Source: an uncultured Chloroflexia bacterium (GTDB lineage Bacteria > Chloroflexota > Chloroflexia > Thermomicrobiales > UBA6265). Taken from it: DNA of 64,000 nt. Location: the NCBI GenBank assembly GCA_963724295.1, contig CAVRUC010000004.1, forward strand, positions 320,001 to 384,000, in the 5' to 3' direction. A program made the position numbers and the translations under genes. Each line of letters opens with the position of its first letter. Position 1 is the stretch's first letter. Under the pieces are notes generated by a model. The model was not told the DNA's origin. It made no database searches and saw only the letters and a program-made list of their open reading frames with translations. Positions 37,606 to 49,313 of this stretch are shown here, in pieces.

Positions 37606-38187
37606 ATGAACCATCACTGGCTCGTCGTTGCCGCCGCACTGGCACTGACTGTCGCGCCGTCGTTCATCGCGCCGGACACGTATGCCCAGGAGGGCGAAGA
37701 TCCGGCCGCGGCTCAGTGGTGCGCGAGTAATCAGGGAACGGTCGTCGATCGCTTTCCAGCGAGCAACGTCTCCAGCGGTGCGCCCGTGGCCATGGGTTCG
37801 GCAGTGCGTTTTTGTGAGTTCAGCGGCGGTGAGGGCGCCGACCCTGCTGACTCACACATCAGCGTCCTGCTGACCACGTTGGCGTCGGATCAACCGTCGA
37901 TGGCGGCGACCGCCTACCTGACCAAACCAGAAATGGCGGAGAGCGGTGGGTCGGCGAATCCAGCTTCGGTCTACTGCGCCGATCTGGGAGGGGCAGAGAT
38001 GGGCGGCCAACTCGCGCCGGACGGCGGCTGGGTCAGCGGAGCGGACGTGACCGACGTCGTTCAGATGTGCGTCTTCCCCGATCTCTCGATCGTCGACTCC
38101 TGGGGTCTGGCGTACCACACCATGGGCACGATCCGCGGGGCCGATCTGGGGCCGCTCTTCCGCTGGAAGCCGGAGAGCTCAGGCTGA
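37606..38187 (+). CDS. Secreted Cys-containing protein (DUF333-like motif)
   Basis: Signal peptide; 'ANPASVYCADLGG...MCVFPD'. Confidence 0.65.
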   Translation: MNHHWLVVAAALALTVAPSFIAPDTYAQEGEDPAAAQWCASNQGTVVDRFPASNVSSGAPVAMGSAVRFCEFSGGEGADPADSHISVLLTTLASDQPSMAATAYLTKPEMAESGGSANPASVYCADLGGAEMGGQLAPDGGWVSGADVTDVVQMCVFPDLSIVDSWGLAYHTMGTIRGADLGPLFRWKPESSG

Positions 38188-38294
38188 GTGTTCGCTCCGG
38201 GAGTCCAAACGCGGTCGACGCCTGCAACTTGCAGCGCGTCGCCCCTGCCGTGACCGACACACGAACGCGATGACCATTCCACGAACTTGGAGAA

Positions 38295-38324
38295 AACGGG
38301 CCGGGGCAATCGCCCCGGCCCGTT
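38295..38324. terminator. Bidirectional intrinsic terminator
   Basis: AACGGGCCGGGGC-AATC-GCCCCGGCCCGTT between convergent genes. Confidence 0.8.
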
Positions 38325-38349
38325 CTCGGTTATGCCCTTGTGGTGAGAC

Positions 38350-39456
<1,107 letters not shown>

Positions 39457-39617
39457 TGCGACGTTCCTCCGATACCTGACTACAGGACCGTCCCCAGTTG
39501 GATGGCCCGGAAGCGCCTTCTCCGCGACACCGCCGCGGCGCCTTACGATCGGTAGTGCATTTTGTCGATAATTCGCGCTCGCTTGTCAAGGGGCAAGGGC
39601 TAGCGGGAGGAAACGGC

Positions 39618-40628
39618 GTGGCCGGTGAAGCGGGCAGCGTGGTGACGTTCGGGGAAGCGATGGTGCGGCTGACCCCGCCCGGCAACGAGCGGCTGGAGCG
39701 CACGACCTCACTCGATCTGACCGTCGGCGGCGCTGAACTGAACAGCGCCGCTACGTTGGCCTGCCTCGACGTGCCCGCCACCTGGGTCTCACGACTGCCG
39801 GATGTGCCCCTGGGTCGGGCTGTGGCGCGTGGCGCCCGGGCCGCCGGTGTCGACCTGTCGCATCTGGACTGGGCGCCGGAGAGCGGCGGCCGGGCGGGGG
39901 TCTATTACCTCGAGGAAGCCAGCGATCCCCGTCCTTCAGCCGTCTACTACGACCGCGCCGACAGTGCCTTCGCGCGCATGGCGCCCGGGACGTTCGACTG
40001 GCCAGCCATCCTCGCCGGCGCACGCGCTCTGCACATCTCCGGCATCACCCCGGCGCTCGGACCAGGGCCGCGCGCGGAGACGATGGCCGCCATCCGCGCC
40101 GCCAATTCGGCCGGTGTCCCGGTCGCGTTCGACCTCAACTACCGCTCGAAGCTCTGGAGCGAAACGGAGGCGCGCGCCTGCTTCGCCGAGGTGGTGCCGC
40201 TCGTCGATATCCTGTTTGCATCCCGCGGCATGCTGCGTACCTTTTTCGCTATCGACGGCGAGCACGCCGCGGTGCTGGACGCCGCTCGCACGCAGCTTGG
40301 TCTGGCGGTAACGATTCTCTCCCGCAAACGGGGCAAAGCGAGCCGGTCGGTGCGACTCGGTTCCGTGGCCATGGGGCGGGACGGGCAGGTCGTGGAAGGA
40401 CCATGGCGGGACGTCGAGGTCGTTGACCGGCTCGGTGGCGGCGACGCGTTCGCCGGGGGCTTCATCGCCGGTTTCATTGCCGACCAGGACGACCTCTCCC
40501 GCGCGCTGGGCCTGGCCTCCGCGGCGCAGGCGCTCAAGCACACCATGCCCGGTGATTTCCTCAGCGCTACCCGCGCCGAGATCGAAGCGGCGGTTGAGTC
40601 GGACGAAGGTGGTGTCTTGCAACGGTGA
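39618..40628 (+). CDS. PfkB sugar kinase (2-keto-3-deoxygluconate kinase-like)
   Basis: 'FGEAMVRL', 'GGAELN', 'FDLNYRSKLW', 'DRLGGGDAFAGG'. Confidence 0.88.
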   Translation: MAGEAGSVVTFGEAMVRLTPPGNERLERTTSLDLTVGGAELNSAATLACLDVPATWVSRLPDVPLGRAVARGARAAGVDLSHLDWAPESGGRAGVYYLEEASDPRPSAVYYDRADSAFARMAPGTFDWPAILAGARALHISGITPALGPGPRAETMAAIRAANSAGVPVAFDLNYRSKLWSETEARACFAEVVPLVDILFASRGMLRTFFAIDGEHAAVLDAARTQLGLAVTILSRKRGKASRSVRLGSVAMGRDGQVVEGPWRDVEVVDRLGGGDAFAGGFIAGFIADQDDLSRALGLASAAQALKHTMPGDFLSATRAEIEAAVESDEGGVLQR

Positions 40629-40764
40629 CGCAGGGTGAGTGTTCCCTACGCTCACGGTGATGGGTGGTTGTTCGCTGCGCTCACGGTGGCCGGGTGGCAG
40701 GGTGGCGGGCAGCGTTCGTCCTGCCACCCCGCGACCCCGCCACCCATGACCCATCACCCTCGCC

Positions 40765-40808
40765 TTGACTCTCGGCACCGCCTCGCATAGCATCTGGTCT
40801 AGACCTCT
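40765..40808 (+). promoter_or_regulatory. Promoter plus GntR/HutC (DasR dre-like) operator
   Basis: TTGACT-N17-TAGCAT followed immediately by CTGGTCTAGACC (palindromic GGTCTAGACC). Confidence 0.7.
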
Positions 40809-40841
40809 AGACGGATCATGCGGTGAGCGGGAGATTCGAGT

Positions 40842-41951
40842 ATGGCGTTCGAGACCACGCTACCCGGCCGGTACTTCTACGATCCCGAGATCTACGCGCG
40901 CGAACAAGAGTGCCTCTTTGGTCAGATGTGGACCTGTGTCGGCCGCGCCGACGCCCTCCCCACCGCCGGCGACTTCAAGACCGTCGAGCTAGCCGGGGAG
41001 AGCGTCCTCATCGTGCGCGGCCGCGACGGTGAGCTGCGTGCCTTTCTCAACGTCTGCCGTCACCGCGGAGCGCGACTCTGCCTGGAGCCGTGTGGCAACA
41101 CCGGCGCGGCTATCCAGTGCATGTACCACGCCTGGTCCTACGCACTGGACGGCCGTCTCATCGGCGCTCCCAACATCGCCCGCGACGAATCACTGGATCG
41201 TGAAACCCTCGGACTCGTACCTGTTCATCTCGACGTCTGGGAAGGACTCATCTGGCTCTCACTCGCCGAAGATCCGGCTCCAGTTACGGCCCAGCTCGAG
41301 CCAGCGCTGCGCGACCGCTTCGGCGAGCTGGAGAAATTCCGCCGCTACGACGTCGGGTCGCTCGCGGTCGGACGATCGATTACCTACGACATCGCCGCGA
41401 ACTGGAAGCTGGTCGTCGAGAATTTCATGGAGTGCTACCACTGCGCTCCGGTCCACCCCGAGCTGACCAGCCTCCTTCCCGATTTCCGCCTCGGCACGTC
41501 CTATCAGGGGATCGTCGGTCAGGGCACCGCGTTCGCCGATGAGATCGACGCCTTCACCCTCTCCGGCCGGGGTGAGCGTGCGATGCTCCCCGGCCTGCTG
41601 CCTTCCGACGCCCGGCTCTATTACGGGTTCGTCCTGTGGCCGAACCTCTTCATCAACCTCCTTCCCGACCACGTGATCCTGCACACCCTCACGCCGCTGG
41701 GACCGGAACAATCGCGCGTGGTCTGCGACTGGTTGTTCACGCCGGAGGAGATCGCGCGGCCGGGGTTCGACCCCGAGGACACCGTCGCCGTCTTCGACAT
41801 CACCAATCGTCAGGACTGGGACGTCTGCGAACGCACGCAGCTCGGGATGCGCTCGCGCGCCTACGTCAATGGCGGTCTCTACGTCTCCAACGAGCAGCAC
41901 ATCGCCGTGTTCCGTGACCTCGTGCTGGAGCGCCTGGGTGCACCCGCATGA
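40842..41951 (+). CDS. Rieske non-heme iron oxygenase alpha subunit (GbcA/CntA-like)
   Basis: 'NVCRHRG...CMYHAWSY', 'ENFMECYHCAPVHP', 'QDWDVCE'. Confidence 0.93.
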   Translation: MAFETTLPGRYFYDPEIYAREQECLFGQMWTCVGRADALPTAGDFKTVELAGESVLIVRGRDGELRAFLNVCRHRGARLCLEPCGNTGAAIQCMYHAWSYALDGRLIGAPNIARDESLDRETLGLVPVHLDVWEGLIWLSLAEDPAPVTAQLEPALRDRFGELEKFRRYDVGSLAVGRSITYDIAANWKLVVENFMECYHCAPVHPELTSLLPDFRLGTSYQGIVGQGTAFADEIDAFTLSGRGERAMLPGLLPSDARLYYGFVLWPNLFINLLPDHVILHTLTPLGPEQSRVVCDWLFTPEEIARPGFDPEDTVAVFDITNRQDWDVCERTQLGMRSRAYVNGGLYVSNEQHIAVFRDLVLERLGAPA

Positions 41952-42751
41952 CATCGCTCAATTGGGCTGACCTGGCGCCGGACCGCCAGAGCCCGGTCCC
42001 TCTCTACTATCAGCTGGCGGCGGCCATTCGCGAGTGGATCCGCGCCGGCGCGCTCGCGCCCGGGGCCCAGTTGCCCGCGGAACGCGAGCTGGCCGAGCGC
42101 ACCGGTATCAGTCGCATGACCGCGCGGCAGGCGCTCGCCGACCTCGCTCGCGGTGGCGACGTCGCCGTGAAGCACGGGGTCGGCACCTTTGTCGCGGAAC
42201 CGAAGCTGACCCATGATGCCCTGCATCTCCTTGGCTTCACCGAGGAGATGGAGCGCGTGGGCGGAGCTGTCAGCTCCCGTGTGCTGGAGCAGGAGGTGAC
42301 CTCGCCGCCTCCTGCCATCGCCGCGGCTCTCGATCTCCAGGACGGCGATGAGACCGTGCGCATCGTCCGCCTGCGCTCCGCGGCGGCAACACCGCTGCTT
42401 CTGGAAACGAGCTGGATCCCGCGCTCGCGCTGTCCCGGCCTGGAGCACGAGGACCTGGAGCGCCAATCGTTGTACTCGCTCCTGGAGGTTCGCTACGGAC
42501 ACCGCCCCCGCGCGGCGCGGCAGACCATCGAGGCAACCAGCGCCAGTGCATTCGAAAGCGATCTGCTGAATATCGCCGAGGGCGCGCCGATGCTCCGGTT
42601 GGAAGGAGTCACGACGACCGACCGCGGCACGCCGATCGAGTGGTTCCAGGCCATCTACCGCGCCGACCGGGTGAAGATCGCGGTCGAGGGCGCCCGCGAG
42701 TCCCAGCCGGTGGCAGCGGCGGGGCCGCCGATGAGCGTGATGCTGACGTGA
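41948..42751 (+). CDS. GntR (HutC/UTRA) transcriptional regulator
   Basis: 'PLYYQL...LPAERELAER.GISRMTARQAL...GVGTFV' plus UTRA domain. Confidence 0.93.
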   Translation: MTSLNWADLAPDRQSPVPLYYQLAAAIREWIRAGALAPGAQLPAERELAERTGISRMTARQALADLARGGDVAVKHGVGTFVAEPKLTHDALHLLGFTEEMERVGGAVSSRVLEQEVTSPPPAIAAALDLQDGDETVRIVRLRSAAATPLLLETSWIPRSRCPGLEHEDLERQSLYSLLEVRYGHRPRAARQTIEATSASAFESDLLNIAEGAPMLRLEGVTTTDRGTPIEWFQAIYRADRVKIAVEGARESQPVAAAGPPMSVMLT

Positions 42752-42787
42752 TCTCACTGACGTGGAGAGCTAAAGGAGGAGTCCCCG

Positions 42788-43939
42788 GTGGTAGTTGAGA
42801 CGGCTCGGGCGGCGAGCAAAGAGGGCGCCATGCGCGACCCGGTTCGCGTTGGCGTCATCGGCAGTGGCAGCGTCGCGCAGAAGTACATCCCGCACATGCA
42901 GCGGATGAACATTCCCCGGCAGCGGGTCGATATCACCGTCATCTGCGATCCGAACGAGCGCCAGTGGGACGATGCCAGGCAGCGCTACGCGCTCGACACG
43001 TTCACTCCGGACTACCGCGAAGTTCTGGCCGACCCGAACATCGACCTCGTCCTCGTGCTCACCTCGATGCAACAGCATGGTGAGATTGCGCGGGCCGCGC
43101 TCGAGGCCGGCAAGCACGTGCTGGTCGAGAAACCAATGGCCATGACCCTCCCGGAGGCCGCGGAGCTGGTCAAGCTCGCGGAGCGAAGTCCCGGGTATCT
43201 CGTCTGCGCGCCGCACGTCGTCCTCAGCCCGACCTATCAGGCGATCTGGCAGCGTCTGCAGCAGGGGGCCATCGGCACGGTCCTCAGCGCGCGCGGATTC
43301 TACGGCTGGTCGGGGCCGAGCTGGGGGCAGTGGTTCTATCGACCCGGCGGCGGGGCGATGTTCGACCTCGGCGTCTACAACGTCACCACCCTCACCGGTC
43401 TCCTCGGTCCCGCGCGGCGAGTGATGGCCATGAGCGGCATCGCCATCCCGGAGCGGGTGGTCGACGACGAGCTGATCCAGGTCGGCACGCACGACAACGC
43501 GCACCTGCTGCTCGACTTCGGTGATGCCCGCTATGCCGTAGTCACGACCGGGTTCACCATGCAGCGCTACAAGGTACCGGGGATCGAGCTCTATGGCACC
43601 GAGGGCACGATCCAGATGATTGGCGAGGATTGGGCACCCGCCGGTTACGAGATGTGGCAGAACAGCGCCGGCTGCTGGCAGGTCTTCGACGAAGGATCCC
43701 GCTGGCCGTGGACCGATGGTATCCGCCACACGATCGAATGCATCGAAACCGGGACCGCACCGGTGATCACTCCGGAGCACGCCTATCACGTGCTGGAGAT
43801 CATGCTCAAGTCGATGGAATCGGGGGACACCGGGCAGGCGATCCCCATCGAGAGCACGTTTACCCCGCCTCGCTTCGAGGGCGCCTCGACACTTGGTCCT
43901 GGCACACACCTGATTCACGATCCGGGCGCGGAGACATGA
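42788..43939 (+). CDS. Gfo/Idh/MocA oxidoreductase
   Basis: 'VGVIGSG', 'GKHVLVEKP', 'GGAMFDLGVY'. Confidence 0.92.
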   Translation: MVVETARAASKEGAMRDPVRVGVIGSGSVAQKYIPHMQRMNIPRQRVDITVICDPNERQWDDARQRYALDTFTPDYREVLADPNIDLVLVLTSMQQHGEIARAALEAGKHVLVEKPMAMTLPEAAELVKLAERSPGYLVCAPHVVLSPTYQAIWQRLQQGAIGTVLSARGFYGWSGPSWGQWFYRPGGGAMFDLGVYNVTTLTGLLGPARRVMAMSGIAIPERVVDDELIQVGTHDNAHLLLDFGDARYAVVTTGFTMQRYKVPGIELYGTEGTIQMIGEDWAPAGYEMWQNSAGCWQVFDEGSRWPWTDGIRHTIECIETGTAPVITPEHAYHVLEIMLKSMESGDTGQAIPIESTFTPPRFEGASTLGPGTHLIHDPGAET

Positions 43940-44802
43940 CGTACAAGCCGTCACCCCGGCCGACCTTCGATGGGCCAGCCGCTATTCACTACGAATCCAT
44001 CACCCGCCATCTCTGGGGCGACGAGGACGCGGGCGAAGTGGCGGACTGGATCTATGTCTCCAGCGACCGCATCCATCAGCTCGTCTACGGGCTGTCGCCG
44101 GGAGGCGCCTTTCGCCATTCCGATTCTTTCCGCACCGTCTTCGCCGCCGACGTCGTCTACTACGTGCTGAGCGGGACGCTGGTGATCGCCAATCCGGGTA
44201 CCGGCGAGGTGCAGCGCCTGGAGCCCGGCGAAGCGGCTTTTTTCCGGCGCGACACCTGGCATCATGCGTTCAACTACAGCACCGAGCCGTTGCGTGTGCT
44301 GGAGTTTTTCGCGCCGCCGCCCTCTCAGGGGACCTCCGGCGCCTACGCGCGGGCCCAGCCCTATCTGGATCTGGCCGGCTCCCGCTACGCCCGCGACGGC
44401 TGGCTGGGGCGCTGGCCCGCGGCCGCGGCCGAAGAAGCGACCAGCCGCACGATCCATCCCATCCGAGCGGGTGATGTCCTCTGGCATTTGCAAGGGCGGG
44501 AGCGTCCACTCCTGGTGGGACTGCTCGTCTCGACCGAACATCTCACCGTCGGCCGCATCGACCTGCTGCCAGGTCAGCGGTCGGAAGCCGAGTGCCACGG
44601 CGGCGACGAAGCGATCTACGTCCTCTCGGGCACGGTTCATATTCGCCCGCTCGGCGAATCGGGACCCGGCTGGCTGGAGCTTGCCCAGCGCGACGGCTGC
44701 TATCTCCCGGCGGGTACGCCGCACCAGTACTACAACATCGGTGGCGAGCCGGCCTCTCTCCTGTTCGGTGTCGCGCCATCCTACCGATGCGAGGAGCGCT
44801 AG
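43936..44802 (+). CDS. Bicupin protein
   Basis: Two cupin repeats ('YYVLSG...WHHAFN'; 'HGGDEAIYVLSG...PHQYYN'); ATGA overlap. Confidence 0.85.
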   Translation: MTYKPSPRPTFDGPAAIHYESITRHLWGDEDAGEVADWIYVSSDRIHQLVYGLSPGGAFRHSDSFRTVFAADVVYYVLSGTLVIANPGTGEVQRLEPGEAAFFRRDTWHHAFNYSTEPLRVLEFFAPPPSQGTSGAYARAQPYLDLAGSRYARDGWLGRWPAAAAEEATSRTIHPIRAGDVLWHLQGRERPLLVGLLVSTEHLTVGRIDLLPGQRSEAECHGGDEAIYVLSGTVHIRPLGESGPGWLELAQRDGCYLPAGTPHQYYNIGGEPASLLFGVAPSYRCEER

Positions 44803-45768
44803 GTGGACGCCACGCGGCTGGGCCGGTCCGAAGAATGGTGCATCGGCGTCGACGTCGGCGGCACGAAGATCGCCGCCGGCGCGGTCGAGCTTGGGAGCGG
44901 AGCAGTCGCGTTCCGGCGCGAAATGTCGACCCGGCCCGAGCGCGGCGCAGAGGCGGTGCTCGCCGACATCGAGATGCTGGCCGAGACTATCGCCGGGGAG
45001 CTGCGTAGCGATGGACGCGTTCCCGTCGCGGTCGGGATCGGGGTGCCGGAGCTGGTCGATGCGGCGGGATATATCCGCAGCGCCCATTTGCTCGACTGGT
45101 CAACGATACCGATGGTAGAGCGCGTGGGGGCGATCGCACCGGCGGTCATTGCCGCCGACGTGCGCGCGGCGGCACTGGCCGAGGCCAGGCACGGCGCCGG
45201 TCGCGAGTTCGACAGCTTCGCTTACATCAGCATTGGCAGCGGGATCAGCTCGACCGTGGTGCAGGAAGGCGTTCCCCTGGCGGGCGCACGCGGCGGAGCA
45301 CTCGTCCTCTCTTCTGGCTCGTTGGGCGTGCCCTGCCCCGAGTGCAGCACCTGGACCGAGTTCGTGCTGGAAGATTACGCCTCGGGTCCGGCGCTGGCAC
45401 GTCGCTACACCGCGGCCACCGGTCGCGTCGTCGAAGGCGCCGAAGCGGTTATCGCCGCCGCCAACGACGGTGATCCCGCGGCGGTGCAGATCGTCGACAG
45501 CGCCGCCGACGCCCTCGGCAGCTCGCTCGGCTGGCTGGTGAACGTGCTCGACCCCGAGGCCATCGTCGTCGGCGGCGGTCTCGGGTTGGCGCCGGGTCGC
45601 TTCCGGGACAGGCTGATCGAGGCGACACGGAATCACATCTGGAACCCGGGGGCGCGCGGGCTGCCGTTCGTCTCGGCCGCGCTCGGCGCGGATGCTGGAC
45701 TGATCGGCGCGGCGTTGACCTCGGCGGCAAGAACGGAACACCTGATGACGACGAGCGAAAGGAGGTGA
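44803..45768 (+). CDS. ROK family sugar kinase
   Basis: 'GVDVGGTKIA', 'AAALAEARHGAG', 'LDPEAIVVGGGL'. Confidence 0.9.
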   Translation: MDATRLGRSEEWCIGVDVGGTKIAAGAVELGSGAVAFRREMSTRPERGAEAVLADIEMLAETIAGELRSDGRVPVAVGIGVPELVDAAGYIRSAHLLDWSTIPMVERVGAIAPAVIAADVRAAALAEARHGAGREFDSFAYISIGSGISSTVVQEGVPLAGARGGALVLSSGSLGVPCPECSTWTEFVLEDYASGPALARRYTAATGRVVEGAEAVIAAANDGDPAAVQIVDSAADALGSSLGWLVNVLDPEAIVVGGGLGLAPGRFRDRLIEATRNHIWNPGARGLPFVSAALGADAGLIGAALTSAARTEHLMTTSERR

Positions 45769-45880
45769 ACACGCGGTGCGGCCGGCTTGCCAATACCGGC
45801 CATGTACTCCGTCCATATCGTCAATCACGTCCCCGCCGCGCGTGCGGCGGAGACCAGGATCAGCGCCAAAGGAGTCGCAA

Positions 45881-47297
45881 ATGAACACAAAATTCCAACG
45901 CCTTCCCGATGTTGCTTTCAGCCGCCGGCGGCTCGTGCAGTCCGCCGGCGCCGGCGCCCTGCTGGCCGCCACACCGGTCGGACGCGGCATTTCTTCGGTG
46001 TTCGCTGGACCAGCGCGGCAGGATGCGGCCACGGTCACCTTCTGGACGCCGGGCGGCTCGCCGACCTACTGCGAGGTCCACACCGAGATTGCCGCCGATT
46101 TCAAAGCGGTCAACCCCAATGTGACCGTCAATTTCCAATGCGGTACGGACTCGGATGCCTTCACGGAACGACTGCTGGGCGCCATCGCCGGCCGGCAATC
46201 CACCGGACGCCACCGTCTACTGGGATACTCCAGTCTCGCTCGGCGTACGCGGTGCGCTGTTGCCGCTTGACGACATGATGGCGGAGGCCGAGTACGCCAC
46301 GGTCGAGAACTGGCCGGCCGGGGTGCTCGCGAGCTGCCAGTTCGGCGGTCAAACGTGGGGACTGCCGGTGGCCGCCGGCACGTACGGCATCTGGTACAAC
46401 CAGGAACTGTTCGAGTCCAAAGGGATCCCCAGCGATCCCGCCAGCTTCCCCAAGACGTGGGACGAGCTGCGCGCGCTCTCGAAGGAATTCACCCAGTGGG
46501 AAGGGGATCGGCTCGTCACGGCTGGCTACGTTATCCCCCCTCCGTCGGGCCTCGCTCCCACCTTGCCCATCTGGTCGGCGCTCAACGGCGGCCAGCTTTA
46601 CGACGCCGCCAACCAGCGCTACACGATCGACGCCGAGCCGAACGTGGCGATGATGGACTATTTCATCGCCTGGCTGGACGAGGAGTTCCAGGGCGACTTC
46701 AACAAGGTCAATCGCTCCGGCGCCTGGGGCGCGTACCCGAGCGACGAGGGACAGCCGCCGCAGTTCCAGGCGGGTAACCTGGCGATGATTGAGTGGGGGA
46801 GCTGGGGTCTCGGCGACTTCTATGCGTACGGGGAGCCGGCCTTCGAACGGTGGGAAGTCGCGCCCTACCCGGTCGGACCCGACGGTGAGACGGTTGTCTC
46901 GGGGTATTGGCCGAACTGGCTCGTTATTCCCCAGAACGCTCGCCAACCCGAGGCGGCCTTCGACTATCTCGACTACATGAGCGGCGTCGGCGTCGTCAAA
47001 TGGTTCGAGGTGATCCCCGATCTTCCGACGAATGCCGAGGTGCCCGAGACCGTGCCGACCCTGGTCGCCGAGAAGCGAGGCGAGGAGTTCGCCACGAAGG
47101 CGATCGCCTTCTTCCGGGATCAGCTCGACGTCGTCACGCCGATGTGGGACTCGCCCGTGCAGGGATTCGCCCTCGACCAGCTCACCCTGGCTCTCGAGCG
47201 CATCCTGACCAAGCAGGGCGCTCCTCAGGCGGTCCTGGCCGAAACCCAGCAAGCCTGCCAGGCAGAGCTGGAGAGTGTGCTCGCCAGCCAGGGGTAG
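45881..47297 (+). CDS. Sugar ABC transporter substrate-binding protein (Tat signal), frameshift near 46190
   Basis: 'SRRRLV' Tat motif in the 5' ORF; the rest of the SBP continues in ORF 46155-47297. Removing one G restores 'AIAAGNPPD'. Confidence 0.85.
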
Positions 47298-47338
47298 CGA
47301 TTCGGCACGCCCGGCCAGCGAATGTCCGACGGTGTAGC

Positions 47339-47369
47339 GGGCAGGGGGCGCGGATTGCGCCCCCTGCCC
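47339..47369 (+). other. Intercistronic stem-loop after the SBP gene
   Basis: GGGCAGGGGGCGC-GGATT-GCGCCCCCTGCCC. Confidence 0.65.
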
Positions 47370-47389
47370 TGAGCGAAAGGTCACGGGGA

Positions 47390-48325
47390 ATGGCGATCGC
47401 GATTCCCATCCGCCGGACCCGAACCCGCGCGGTGCCCCGGCTCGACCGGCAAGCGCGGGCAGGGCTCCTTTTCGTCCTGCCCTGGCTGATCTTTCTGGTG
47501 GTATTCACGGCTTACCCGGTGCTCGGCACCTTTACCCTCTCCTTCACCGACTATTCGGTGATCCAGGCGCCGAACTGGGTCGGTCTCGATAACTACCAGC
47601 GGATGTTCTTCGCGGATGCTTCGTTCTGGACGGCCGTCAAGAACAGCGCCTTCTACGCCGCTGTCTCCGTCCCCCTGAGGCTGGTGCTGGCATTGCTGCT
47701 GGCGCTCGTCCTCAACCTCGGGGTCCGCGGCATCTCCGCTTACCGGGTCATCTTCTACCTGCCAGCGCTCGTTCCCCCGGTGGCGGCGACGATCGTCTTC
47801 ATGCTGATGTTCAACCTGGACACGGGACCGATCAACGTCGGTCTGCGTGCGCTCGGGGTGTCACCGCCCGACTGGCTGCGCGATCCGGTCTGGGCCAAAC
47901 CGGCATTGATCATCCTCGGTCTCTGGCCGCTCGGGATCGAGGTCCTCGTCTTTCTCGCCGGTCTCAAGGAGATCCCGCAGGATCTGCTCGATGCCGCCGC
48001 GGTCGATGGCGCCGGTCGGTGGCGCCGGCTCGTCGGGATCACGATTCCGCTACTGACGCCGGTCATCCTCTTCAATCTCGTCATCGGCGTCATCTATTCG
48101 TTCCAGGTCTTCACCCCGGCGCTGATCATCGGCGACACCACCGGCGAACCGTTGGAATCGACGCTGATGTACATGGTGCTCATCTACCGCAATGCCTTCC
48201 GCTATTTCTCGATGGGCTACGCGGCGGCACAGGCGATGATCCTGTTCGCCGCGGTTGCGGTGCTGACGCTGCTCATCTTTCGCTCGGCGCGAGTCTGGGT
48301 CCACTACGAAGGAGGTGAACGGTGA
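47390..48325 (+). CDS. Sugar ABC transporter permease
   Basis: 'FLAGLKEIPQDLLDAAAVDGAG' EAA loop; TM segments. Confidence 0.93.
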   Translation: MAIAIPIRRTRTRAVPRLDRQARAGLLFVLPWLIFLVVFTAYPVLGTFTLSFTDYSVIQAPNWVGLDNYQRMFFADASFWTAVKNSAFYAAVSVPLRLVLALLLALVLNLGVRGISAYRVIFYLPALVPPVAATIVFMLMFNLDTGPINVGLRALGVSPPDWLRDPVWAKPALIILGLWPLGIEVLVFLAGLKEIPQDLLDAAAVDGAGRWRRLVGITIPLLTPVILFNLVIGVIYSFQVFTPALIIGDTTGEPLESTLMYMVLIYRNAFRYFSMGYAAAQAMILFAAVAVLTLLIFRSARVWVHYEGGER

Positions 48326-49216
48326 GCCAGGTCACCGTGCCGACACACGGGTCAACCTCTGACCGAGCGACGGTTCGGCCAGCAGGTCCAGCGCCTCGCG
48401 GGGCAGGTGGCGAAGCACATCCTGCTCATCGCCGTCTCCATCGTCTTCCTCGTACCGTTCTACTGGATGCTGACCTCCGCGCTGAAGGACAACACCCAGA
48501 TCTTCGCTTTCGAGCCACAGTGGTGGCCGAATCCGGTGCACTGGGAAAACTTCGCCACCGCGATCAACTTTCCGGGCTTTCCGTATCTGCGCCTGCTCGG
48601 CAACAGCGTCTTCTACGCCGGCGCGGTGACGATCGGCACGGTCTTCTCCTGTGCCGCGGTCGCCTACGGATTTGCGCGCCTGCGCTTTCCAGGCCGTGAC
48701 TTGTTGTTCGGGATCACGCTCGCGACGCTGATGATCCCGCCGATCGTCACGTTCATCCCCACATACATTCTCTTTGCCACGACTGGGCTGACTGGCTCCT
48801 ATGCACCGCTGATCATCCCCCGCTTCCTCGGGGACGCCTTCTACATCTTCATGCTCCGCCAATTCTTCAAGGGCATACCGGCCGACCTCTCTGACGCCGC
48901 TCGGATCGATGGCGCCAGTGAGTTCCGGATCTTCTGGGAGATCATGTTGCCCCTGGTGCGGCCCGCTTTGATCGTGGTTGCAGTCTTTTCCATTCTGTAC
49001 ACCTGGCACGATTTCTTCGGTCCGCTCATCTACCTGCAAGACCCGCTTTCGTATCCGCTCAGCCTCGGCCTCTACGCCTTCCGCTCGCAACGTGCCATGG
49101 AATGGGCGCTGATCATGACGGCCTCGACCTTGACCGTGCTGCCGCTAATCCTCGTCTTCCTCTTCACGCAGCGCTATTTCATCCGCGGCGTGGCGATGAC
49201 GGGATTGAAGGGATGA
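48322..49216 (+). CDS. Sugar ABC transporter permease; probable frameshift near the 5' end
   Basis: 'MLRQFFKGIPADLSDAARIDGA'; the GTG at 48322 with GGAGG RBS is out of frame with the main ORF (48407-49216). Confidence 0.88.
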
Positions 49217-49313
49217 TGGAGACGAGTCGTGAGTCGGTGTAGAGAGTAACACGCCGCCAGCTGATAGCCGATAGCTGAGAGCGTATGGCCGACAACGACG
49301 CGAAAGGGAGCGG